Assembly (NCBI GenBank): GCA_028534125.1
Contig: CM052817.1
Coordinates: 23,810,001-23,874,000 of the forward strand
Direction of reading: 5' to 3'
Length of the DNA stretch: 64,000 bases
Source: Lama glama
Lineage: Eukaryota
Below, piece after piece: positions 39,806-51,437 of the stretch; position 1 is the stretch's first letter; each line of letters opens with the position of its first letter. The notes beneath the pieces are model-generated. The model was not told the DNA's origin and did not search any database. It was given only the letters and a program-made list of their open reading frames with translations. The position numbers were made by a program, and so were the translations under genes.

Positions 39806-41679
39806 AAGTGTCCCTTCTTAATGCAGAATATCCACTCTACTGTCCATCATAGCATCTACTGTATCTGTGTGGATGTTTTAGCTGCTACACCCCAAACTTT
39901 GTGCAAACAAAGAAAGCACCTCAGTATCAACAGACTTCAGCAGAGTGCCAGGTATTTAGTGGGTATATAATAGTTTCAAAGTTCTATCACATCAACAGGA
40001 GTCGATTTGAAACACAAAGTAAAATCTGATGTATTTAAGTATATTTACAGCGAAGTAAAACTATTTAATTTTAATTTCAGACTGTGGAACAGCTACTTTG
40101 GATTCAACCCAAAGAGAAAGGAATGAGTTGTATGAACTCTGGATTGTTTTTGCAGGGGGAGGGGAGGAGAGGGGAGGGGGTCATCTTTCACATTCCTAAT
40201 AATTCACTGGCCCTGATTTAAAAGAAAATAAAAGTGCTCCTCTCTTTCCTTTGGTTTCTTTTCTTGAAGAAGAGATGCTCCTCTAAGAAGATAAAGCTGC
40301 TGGCACCACACTCCACTCACTTCTAACACCTTCTGAACCTGCTGTGATGACTCCTCCTTCACTGACACCGGTGCCCCTAATCCTCATCTCTGGCTTCCGT
40401 ACATCTTTATCTGTGGATTTTATTTTCCACACCACCATTGCAGCCCTGACCTCCAGTTTTGTAATTTTCTTTTTGAAGATTTCTGGCACTTGCTCTAATA
40501 GTCCTGTCATGCCTTTTAAGCATTTTCCCTTATCTTACATCATCTTTAACTCAAAAACATTTTACTGCTGGGTTTATTTGTCTAAATGAAACTATATAAC
40601 TCGGGTAATTTCCCTGAGAAATATCAAGCCCCTACTTCACGTAGACCTAAACAAAATTACCGCTTGCTAAATTCAGGAGTTTAGGTAAAGAGAAAATTGT
40701 ATCATTTTTTTGAGCCTTAGTTTTTTTATCTGATAATTAAGCTCTAAATACAACATAAAATCATTGAAAAGGTTTGCTTATAAACAGACAACTACAATGA
40801 GGATTTGAGAAAGTAGTAAAGGAAACCCAAAAGACAGCGAGCGGCCCTCCTACATTACCTATATAATTCTGCCATTAACTGTAAATGTTTTAAACTTCAA
40901 ATTTTCTTTCTAGTCAGAAGAAATCCTGTGATGACAAGTTTAGCTGCCTCCTTGTGAACCAGTGAAGGGCAGAATGAGTAATGACAAGTTAACTCCTGAG
41001 TCAACTTGTCAAAGACTGAATCCTAAAATACATCACCGAGTGCAGCAGACGTCTGACATTCAGTAGCTTCAGCTCAACAGCTTTCCTCTCTGGAGACATC
41101 TAAACTCTGCGCACACTGCAGAAAGCTTTAAAGGAGATTTTCAACATGAATGCTGGCCAACTTGGTGATTTCAAGTGTTAGCAAACAATGATTTTACATT
41201 TCAGGATAAGGATTCCAAAGAAATATGAACTTACATCTTGAAAATCTCGAAAGTTATTTTGAAGAACTCTAATTATAGATAAATATATTTTCCTAACTGT
41301 CCAATCCCCCAGCATAAATTTTAAAGGGGACTCCAAGGCCCTATAAAGAAATATCCCTACATCCTATAATGAATCAAGACGGCTCAATAAGACCTAGAAA
41401 CCAAGTCCCAAAACTAACAAAAACAATTTTCTCAAAATTGCAATATAATAACCACAAAGTAGACACTATCGTATTTGAGCCTAGTCTATTGATAAGAATC
41501 AGAACAAATGATAGTATCTATAAATCTGGCTGTATAAAAATAAATTCACCTATATGAAGAACATTTTAAACACGACTAGAAAACAAACACCACACTCCCA
41601 AAATATGACTAAAATACATAATATCCTAGGCATTCATACAAAAATAAAAACACTGAGTCTTGTATTATAAGTCAGCATT

Positions 41680-43240
41680 TGTCTGGACAAAAAAAATACT
41701 TTATTTTACTTTCACTTCTAGAAGATATTTTTGCTAAATAAGGTATTTTAGGCTAATAGCTGTTGTTTTGTCTATTTATTTTTTTTGTCCCTCCCTCCCC
41801 CTTGGCACATTAAAAGATTTCATTAAACTATCTTCTGTCTTGCACTACTTCTGACAAGACATTCTCATCTTTGTCCCCTATTTTAACGTCTTTTTTTTCC
41901 CCTCCTCACACTGGTTTTCAGGAATTTGATTATGATGTGCCTTGATGTAGACTGTCTTTATCATGCTTGAGGTATGTTGATCTTAGTATATGTGCGTGAA
42001 TTTATAGTTTTTTATCAAATTAAGAAAATGGCCACATTTCTTTACATTTTTTTTTTTCGTTTTTACTCCATCTTTCTCTTCTCTCACTTTGGGATTCTCA
42101 TTATACTTACATAAGAATACTTGATATTGCCCCACAGGCCACTGAGGCTCTATTCATTTTATTCAGTCTTTTCTCTCTGTGCTTAAGTTTTGATAATTCC
42201 TTTTGTCATGGCTTCAAATTCATTAAGATTTTTTTAGGTAGAGTCTACTCTTGTGTTGAGCTGATACAATAAAATCTTCTTTTCAGATAATGTATTCTTC
42301 AGCTTTAAACGTTCCATTTGGTTCTTTCTTTAGATTTTTTTCTCACTATGTTTATGTTTTCCTTTACATCTTTTAACATGTTTATAATATTTACAAATTA
42401 CTGTCTATATTCTTTGCTAATTTCATTACCTTTCTCATTTCTGGGTCTGTTCTTACCAACTGATTTGCAGATTCTTCCCATCACTAGTCATTTTATCTGT
42501 ATGCTAGACATCATGAGTGTTAAGCTCAGTGTCAGGATTGTGTTGTCTTCCTTTAAAAGGTGTTGATGTCTGTTTAGGCATCTTTTGCCTGTTTGACCCC
42601 AGGTAACTAAATTACTTGTGGAGAGGTCTTTTAAGCTTAGTAAGGTAAAAATGGAGCAGCCTTTACCCTAGAGCCAGTGTAGGCTTAGTTACTTTCTGGG
42701 TCTTTACAATGCTCTGTGTGTTTAATGAGGGCTGTCTAACCTGGCTGGATAAAATCTGAACCCACTCCAACACTGTCTAAGCTCTGGAATTGTTCAACTC
42801 ATAGCACATCATGGGAGTGTGCGGGAGATTCAGCCTGCAAATATGCAGGTTAGTACTGCACTGAAGACAAAAGGGGATGCCTATGAAGATTTCTGGAACT
42901 CCATCTCTACACATCTCCCCCTCTGCTCTGATACTCTACCCTGCAACGTTTAACTACCACCGCTTCCCCAAATCCTATCTCTACCTCTTCAGTGAAGCAG
43001 AACCACCACACTGCACGTGGGCGTCCCCATTCCGTGCCAGGGTCTGAAATGTGCCTACAGATAGGAAGCCAAGGTGATCTCAAGCCTCATGTCACTTGTT
43101 ACCTTTCTCTCCATGATCCCCAACCTGGATGCCTACTGTCTCCAAGTTTGAAAATGGTTCATCCCATATGTTTTTTTCGGGTCTCTAGCTATTTGAAGAG
43201 GGAGGGTGTGTTCCATGACAATTATTTTTCATGGACAGAA
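41680..43240 (-). mobile_element. Ancient L1M/HAL1-like element (ORF1 and 5' region), degraded
   Basis: T-rich strand with blocks typical of old antisense L1 ORF1 (tttattttactttcacttctagaagatatttttgct, aatttgattatgatgtgccttgatgtag, cccacaggccactgaggctct, ttccatttggttctttc). Subfamily not resolvable by eye. Confidence 0.65.
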
Positions 43241-45879
43241 ATGAGAGTATGGCACGCTTCATTTTGTCATTGCATCCATCAATCACCCTCATTTTAATTT
43301 ATAAAGAAACAGTATTTTCCCCCACAACTTCAGATAATATACTGCTGCTTAGAAGTGGAATTTCTGGCAGAAACAGGCAAACAATTATCAAGAAAATCTG
43401 CAGAGGCAGAGACAGTATCACAAGAATAATGCAGAAAGAAGTATTAGCTTAAATGGCTTGTTTCCTCTGAAGCCAACAGTTCAGTAAAGTGTCAAGGCAC
43501 ACTATTCCCTGAGGAAGGCAAAGCCTCCAGTTTTTCAATTTCATCTCTACACATGATTAGGCAATCACCTACAGTAATGGGAGACAGTCTTGTTTCAAGT
43601 TTGCTAACAAACAAATGAAAAAATAAAGGCTTCTGTATCCTTGTACAGAAGAGCCCGCAGTCCTTTCCAGAACAAAGCAAGTTATAAATGACCTTGAATT
43701 GATAATACTAATAAGGGATCAACTTATCTTTCCAGGCCCTTTGGTTCAGGCTTCCTCCTCAAAAACTGACGGTTAAGGCCAGCCTGAACTGAACTTGTTC
43801 CCGAGCCCGTCCGATTTCTGGGAAACTACTGTTCCCACTTCTTGGAATAACTTAGTCTCTTAACCTCTTATCTCTTCCTACTCTAATCCTATCTAGGATT
43901 CCAAAGCCACTTAAATATACTTTTATTCTTAAAAATAAAAATTATTACCTCAATGCCGTTTATCTAGAAGGGTCCTCTCACCCTTTTATGGGTTTTTTTT
44001 CGCACCACATTGCATTTATTTGTTCATAAGCCTACACTCTGGTGTTCAGAAGTTGCTTTGAATTGAATGAAATAAATTTTGGAAGCAAGTAATATACACT
44101 TTAAAATCCACCTTTTGTTCAGTAGTCACCTATTCCCTTTATCATAATTCTCTTTAACAAAACAAAACAAAAAATGTATCACCTGATAACGTAAGTTTGA
44201 AAAGTCCCTTTCTTCCTGCAAACCTGTGGGGGTGGTGAGAGAAGTGTGTTTCGTGTGTCTTGGCAACACGCAGATTGAACTATCTCTACGAATTAAATCA
44301 TCAGAAAGTTACAAAAGCAGTCGAGCTAATATTGTGGGCAATCGGCTACTGTTTAATTTGCAATTACATGCACAATTGAGAAACCACTTTAAGATAATTC
44401 ACCCTGGAGAGTATTGCTAACGTATCAGCCGCTATAAAACACAATTCAGGGAGGGGGAAAAACATCACAAGTAGTAAGTTTATATGAAATAAGAACCTTA
44501 AACTCAGGGTGTTAATCTCCCAAATTGAGAAAAGTAGTCTGTTCCGTAATTGTGAAACATACTGAAAAAGTCTTTATTCCCCAGTGTTAGTTTCTTTATG
44601 TCTGGAATTTGCAGTTAAAACCAAATGGAGTCAGGCTTCAGAGCCATCAAGTGCATGACGCTTTACTGTAGGTCAACTAAGCAATCTTAAAAAAATTAAA
44701 ACAGAAAACCAAACAAACAAAAAGGTTCGTTTGTTCTGTTTCTGATGACACAGCAGAGTTATTCATATTGTGTATAGTATAACCAACAGCCTTTCCATAA
44801 AAGCTTAATAATTAAGTGTCTTTGACAAATGAGCATGAAGCTATAGAATGTGAATGGTGAACACAGTAACTTATTTATCAGAGAATGAGGGCCAAGTGCA
44901 GAAAGAGTTTTCCAATTTTATGAAAAGGATGTTGTGATTTATTGAAAGTTTCAGTCACAATGGATATATAACCTTCTGTCCAGGACAGTGCCTTCTGACC
45001 TCATCGTGGTCAGGAACATTCACTGACTATCAACAGAAAAAAAAATGCTTTTTTTTTTCCACACACAGAAATCCTGACTAATTCTTAAAAGCAGAGAATC
45101 TAAGTCCCAATAACAGCAACAAATATTACTCCAGAAAGCCTTAAGTGTGATCAAGAAAGCTTTATTTTTCAAAATAATAATTTTTAAAGTATACAAAGAA
45201 TACACATTAAAGCTACACCATCTGGAACACCTTCTGCTTAGAACTTTTTGGAGCAAAAATTTTCTGTGTATGGAAAATAATACTGCGATATTTTTCTGTC
45301 TAAAGACAGTCACGCTATGTATATAGAGAAAGCTGCCATCAAGATTAAAATATGTATCTAAATAGTGACTATAGTCAGTGGATGGTTATCAATTTATGAA
45401 CTTCTCTAGTTCATGGGGTTCATTCTCCTGCCCTTAAGAAACAATATATTTTAACAGTTTAATCAAAGGTAGGCAAGGACAGAGAAAAGATGTGAAGTTA
45501 ATTTGAGTCTATTTATGATTTGCAGTTCTGGTTCAAGCTGTTACTAGCAAAAAAAAAGTAAAGGTTAAAATTTACAGCTGGCTGATTTCTCTCTCTCTCA
45601 ACTATTCTATCTTTATATGCCATCAACATGGATAATTGGAAGTTGCTTTATTTCTTAAAGCCACAATTTTATCTGTCATTGACAAGTCTAACACAATCTA
45701 CTGTAGCTTACAGTCATTATTTCCCAAGGGGCTAACAGATCAAAAGAGAGATGGAAAAGAGGATGGGGCAATGAAATTCTCTTATTTTGACATGGCATTA
45801 AACAGCTCTTAAAAAATCACATTTATAATTAACTGGCCTTGTTTGAATACTGGGAGAGAAGGACGTATTCCCTGTCTTG

Positions 45880-46830
45880 GTAAATGATACAAGTCACCCA
45901 GGCCAAAAGCTCAGGAGTCATTCTTACCTCCTGCTTCACAAAGCAATTAAAAGCCAGCCGACTGAAAACCAGAAGACTAATCTTTCTCTCAACATCTTAC
46001 CATCAGATCTAGAAAACTATCAACACCCAAAACCATCCATCCATTCCTCTTTCTTCCTATTACAATTGAGGGACCTCACTCTCCTGCTGGCCTCTCTCTT
46101 ACACCTTCACTCTCTCTCTCTTGTTTTGGTTTCTTTCCCATCAAAATGTTTCAGAGGGCACAAGTTCAAGACATCTAAAGCACATACTCCCTTCCTGGGT
46201 CAAATGCCTTTGACCTCACTAATCCTATTAACCCCCAGACATCCCTGACAAACTGTCCTCACCAGCTGTTTATGTAATCTAATCCAGTTCCCTAGCTTAC
46301 CCTAATCCAGTTTCTGCTTCCTCACTTTTGTTCTCCTCAAAGTCACAAGATAGACTCCCCATCACTTACCCAGCGAGGTGTCTGTCCTCATCAGGCAGCA
46401 TCTCACACTTTCGATTATTCCTTCTTTCTTGAAACACTCTCTTCCTGGGCTTAGTGACACACTCTCTCTAGGTTTCCTGCCTCACTCTCTGGATAGACCA
46501 GCTTAATAGGCCAGGAGAGTTCTTCCTCCTTGACAACTGCCCCCCCCACCAATGACACATATTCATTAAGGCTCCAAAATGTCATTTCTTTCCTTCTCAT
46601 TCTACAGACTCTCCCTAAGTGACTTCATCTTCTTCCTTCTCTATATGGGTAACTTCAACATCTCTGTCTCTACCCCATTAACCTTGACATGACCATCAGG
46701 TCCATAACTACAGCTTCCTCCTAGCAATTTCTCCTTAGATGTTTATAAGCACCTGATTTTCAGCATGTCTAATTATCTCCCAAGCTCACTCCAAAACCTG
46801 CTCTTTTTCCATTATTCCCTATCTCAAGTG
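45880..46830 (+). mobile_element. LINE-2 remnants
   Basis: ttcttgaaacactctcttcctgggcttagtgacacactctctctaggtttcctgcctcactctctgg and downstream L2-like blocks. Confidence 0.6.
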
Positions 46831-48729
46831 TGTTTATTTACATAACATACATGTATGTACACATGTATGCCTGCATATACACAGACAGTGTGTACACATG
46901 AGACCCTGTTCTGCACCACCCAAGTGTCACATGCTGGTACGCCTGCATGCGCTGTGTTCTATCACGGTTTATAACCTAACGCACTCCCCATCTCCCTGGC
47001 TGATTCTTCAGTCACACTTCTGACCTCTCTTCTTTCTGCTTCACCTTTAATTAAGCATTGTATGGTTACACATATTTTTTTCTAGTAAAATAACTTTTTT
47101 CAGCTTTCTGATAAAAGTTTTTTTCCTAATAAAATGCTAAAATTTTAAATGTTGGTAATTTAAAATTTTTGAGAGTGACTGTACAAAAGTATTGGGAAAT
47201 TAACACACTTGTTTCAAAAACAGTCTCTAGGTTTTGAAGTTACAAAATGACTCTACCTTGACTTCAAAATGGATAATTCTCCTCAATATCACATAGGCAC
47301 TGGAAGGCTGATTAAGTGTGTAAAATAATGCCTGGTACATGTGAGTTGTACACATCGCCATCTCTGTGTTACCATCGGAATATTAGTGATTTGGAGAAAA
47401 CAGGAAAAGCAAGTAAAAACCAAGATATAAGTATGTGATAACATGGTTGTTTTCAAACAGTGCTTTTTTTTTTTTTAATGGCAGCTTATTCAAAGAGATT
47501 TAAGGAAAATAACTTGGTTTTATACTTGTCCCTGTATTTCTCCTGTTCTCATCCTGACATATTCCTCATTCTCCCCATTCATAAAAATGCTTTCAACACA
47601 ACTAGTTGATAAAACATGTAGATAAAAACTTTAAATTATGATCAAAAACAAATTAAGCAGCTTTGACCATTATTTTGTAATTCTATTAGTTTTTAACTAT
47701 TCCACGAACTTCGAGTGTATCTGAGTTCACCTTCTGATTCCTGGAGCCCAAGGGCAAGGTCAAGGTCAAGGTGTTATAAAATAATAAAATACTTAGTTTT
47801 CCGGCTTCTTTATCTTGCATTCATGAGGGAGTGCACTGCATGCAATAAGCACTAAATAAAAATTCAAACTGAATAACAGTAATCCATGTTTGGTATATTT
47901 TGATTAAAACTTATATACCACTGGTCAAATCCTTTATAGACTAAAAGTGATAGAAAAATACCTTGGCTATAGTAACCTGATTAAAAAATAAAATGTGTGT
48001 GTGTCTGTGTGTATACACACACAAATATATATATACATATATATAATAAATCCAATAAGTTCCACTAGCAAGTTTCTGCTTGCTTTTATTGTTTAAGAAC
48101 ATAAGCTCTGTGAACTCAGACACCAAATTTGTATTGTTAACCATTTTTTCCTGCCATATAGGTCACAGGCAGCAGGCATTTCATAAATATTACCAGATGA
48201 CGGCAGAAGTACACTCGTGCTAGTGCTTTAATGCAGAATACTATCCATACATAACACTGCCTCATTATTGTTCCTCAACATGTACGTGACAGCGTTCTCA
48301 GAGAAGAGTAAAACTATCATCTGGTACCAGAAATCAGAGTCTAAGGCATCATTAACCATCATAAACCCAGCAATAAATAAGTAAAACAAAATCCTAATTA
48401 TGTCTGTAAGTTAAAACACACATTCTTACAGAAACGGCTGATCAGCAGTATGCTTGCTGTCTAAAGCTGTTGATGTCTTCCCAGGAAGTTCAAGAAAAGA
48501 CAGGTTCAGATAATTGCTGAAAGCCATTATCCTGGTCACCAGCATGAAAATTAACCTGAGGGAAGGCTGACTTAGCTATATTTTAGTATTAGCATTATGT
48601 ATGGTTTTGCAAATGGTGTTGTACTCTTGTAGAGTTAAACATTCTGAATTTGTGCAATTAAGGGATTTCAAAGCAAGTGAAGAGAAAGAAAAAAAAATTG
48701 GCTCAGAAGACTATACTTCCTATTTGTTG

Positions 48730-49870
48730 GGAAAGGACTCAAGCTGCTCCTCCCAGGCTCTTCTGCTAGGTCATCCCCCCTCTGAAATGCAGAGGTCCTG
48801 GGGCTACGTCCTCACATCTCTTTTCTATCTCCATTCCCTCTCTGGGTGAGTCTGTCCAGTTCCTGGGCTAAATAAATCAAATGCTGACAACTCTCACATC
48901 TTCATCTCCAGCTGCAACTCCACTTAATTTCAGGCTTGCATATCCAAATGCCCACTCACCAGCTCCCCTGTCAAACAGACGTCTCAAAACCATCATTTGC
49001 AAAACCACATTCTTGATCTACTATCCTAAACTTACAAATATCCTACTTCTCCACTCCATGTATTTGTTATCTCAAAAAAACAGCACCACCATGCATGTAA
49101 ATACTCAGGCCAAAAACTCTGCGGTCATCCTTGACTCCTGCACTCATGGAATCCTCTCACCTCTCCCTTCACAATATATCCCACCACTCCCTACCACCAC
49201 CTTATTCAGTGAGTCATCTTCCGTCTGGCCTCTGCAGCAGCATGCCACCTGCAAACTCCCTTCACTCTTGTCCTCCAAAAACTGTTCATCTGGAGTCAGA
49301 GGACTCATTTAAAAACGTAAGTCAGATGATTCTACTTCTCAAACTGAGTGGCTTCCCATCATGCTTAGAATAAAACTCACATCTTTATATAGCATGGCCT
49401 ATAAGACCCTAGACAGTCTGACCCAGGGATATCTCTGTCATCATTTCTCCCCACTGTCCCTTATTCAAATTTCTGCAGCCACAGCAGCTTCCTTGCAGAC
49501 CTTGAACATGCCAAGTATGACATACTCTTAGGGTCTTCAAAACATCCTTGACCTTGAACCCGAACACTGTATTCACACCACTGCACGGTTTGTTTCTTCA
49601 CTTGATACCTTTTCTTACCACCCTGTCTAAAACAGAATACTGCTCCATCAGGTGTGCTCTGATTACTTTATTTTTCTTCAAGCATTTAAAATTGAGGGAC
49701 ACAATACTATGCAATTATTTCTTTTTGTTGTTTATATTGCTTTCCCCACTAGTGTACTTGCTTCACAAGGGCAGAAACCATATCTTTTTTATTCATCACT
49801 GTATCCTCAATACCTATAACAATACCCGATGCATGTTAGACGCTTAGTATTTACTGAAAAACCAAATAAA
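48730..49870 (+). mobile_element. LINE-2 (L2a-like) 3' portion
   Basis: Colinear L2 body (catccttgactcct, gtggcttcccat...cttagaataaaa, ccacagcagcttccttgc) ending cttcacaagggcagaaaccat...ttcatcactgtatcctca. Confidence 0.8.
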
Positions 49871-50252
49871 TTCAAGAAATCCAAATTTCAGGTATGTGTG
49901 ACTCACTTCCATAGATAAGTCACAGTATTATTTATAGTCATCATATACCTACACTGAAAATATTTTTACAACTACCAAAGTGCTTTCAAATACTTAAATG
50001 TGAATTTCCCAAAGGGACTGAGGTCTGTAGAAAACTATAATTGATCACACTGAGTTTGTCATAACAAATGGAAAAATATGCAAGCTTCACTGGTGTACTC
50101 TTTCTACTAAAAGGAATACACACACACACACATATTATTGGAAAATTTCCAAAAGACAATAAACTAACGGATTCTCCGCCCAAAAGGATAACTGGAATAT
50201 GCAACTCCTTAGAGTTGCCATAATAAAGAATATAAAGCAAAAATGTACTCAC

Positions 50253-50316
50253 CTCCCTTTTTCTACCAAGAGCAAGACATCCATTTTTTCCCCATTTTGA
50301 ACCACTGTGCTGATTG
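50253..50316 (-). CDS. ARAP2: ARAP2 coding exon, 64 nt, phase 1->2 (PH4)
   Basis: ccctccag|CAATC...GGGAG|gtgagt; encodes TISTVVQNGEKMDVLLLVEKGR. Confidence 0.95.
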
Positions 50317-50487
50317 CTGGAGGGAAAGAAGAAAAGCATGAACATATTTTTTTTAAAACATGACACTAACTACAATAAAGTCTACTTCAAGAGTGAGACA
50401 CCGTAATTGTATGTAAAGGCTACTATTACCACATGCAATAAAGAACTGTATCCAAAACATAAGGTGAAAGGAAACAACAAAACTCAC

Positions 50488-50680
50488 TGAGCTCTTGCAG
50501 TCTTCTCAAGTGCATTCTGTCTTCCTGACCTTCTTGAAGGCAAAAACGCAAACTAGACTTGTCCAGAGCAAACCAGCCTTTTCTCCACTGATCCAGCGCA
50601 TGGCAGTCTTTGTAGTAGAGTTGACCAATCAAACCATAGTCAGTTTCTGTTAAGTTTTCGGCAACAAAGGGAATAAAATG
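50488..50680 (-). CDS. ARAP2: ARAP2 coding exon, 193 nt, phase 0->1 (PH4)
   Basis: ttttaacag|CATTTT...CTCA|gtgagt; encodes HFIPFVAENLTETDYGLIGQLYYKDCHALDQWRKGWFALDKSSLRFCLQEGQEDRMHLRRLQEL. Confidence 0.96.
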
Positions 50681-50886
50681 CTGTTAAAACAAATACAAAA
50701 AGTAATAAAGACAGTGCAAATAGAAAATCCCTTACATAGCTACAGATACGAGAGCATGTGCAAAAATTCTTCTATTCTAAAGATTAATAAATAACGCAGA
50801 TTTCAAAAAACTTACTGAAACTAGCAACCCGTCTAAAAACTGAACACCTGTAACATGATTTCAAATGGCAGCATCTTAAGCCATTT

Positions 50887-50934
50887 TTCTTGATATGCAT
50901 AGAATTGAAATTCTTGATACATATAGAATTGAAA
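50887..50934. repeat. 24-bp tandem duplication (2 copies, 3 mismatches)
   Basis: ttcttgatatgcatagaattgaaa followed by ttcttgatacatatagaattgaaa. Confidence 0.85.
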
Positions 50935-51334
50935 TAGGAAGACACTGTTGATTTGTGACATTTTTCAAAATGTCAACCTTCAAATGGTTGTCTTCATTTG
51001 TATCTTTTATTGAATCTGTTCTTTTCCCCTTTGTGTATATCATAAATAAGATATCTACCTATAAAAAGGCAGACACAGAAATGACTACAGTACTGAAAAG
51101 ATCTTAATCATCAAAGCATGGCCTTAAATTGAAGAATGGTTTCTCCAAGTTCCTACATTAATTTCTTCTCTGCTTAAGGCTCTAGGAAGGTAGCTGTTAA
51201 CCACTTTTGACTACAACTTACAAAAACCTAATGAAGTATGAACATTCTTCCCAGAATCATGTATAAAATTTTTATGGAGCTCTGAATGTTAAGAATATTC
51301 TCTGGATTTGGGTAATAATATAATATGTAAATAC

Positions 51335-51437
51335 CTTGGCTATTGCCTCTGTCCATTTTCTTTGAGCTTGAGATGTTTCAGCTCCAAATAAAAATGCACG
51401 TTCTGAGGGTAAATAGATCTCAAAGGTAAAGATGGGC
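51335..51437 (-). CDS. ARAP2: ARAP2 coding exon, 103 nt, phase 2->0 (PH3)
   Basis: ctctag|GCCCATC...GCCAAG|gtattt; encodes GPIFTFEIYLPSERAFLFGAETSQAQRKWTEAIAK, including the PH C-terminal helix Trp. Confidence 0.96.

Noticed and set aside
48601..49847. 143-aa and neighbouring ORFs
   Set aside because: Ser/Pro/Leu-rich translations of an L2 remnant; no coding signal.
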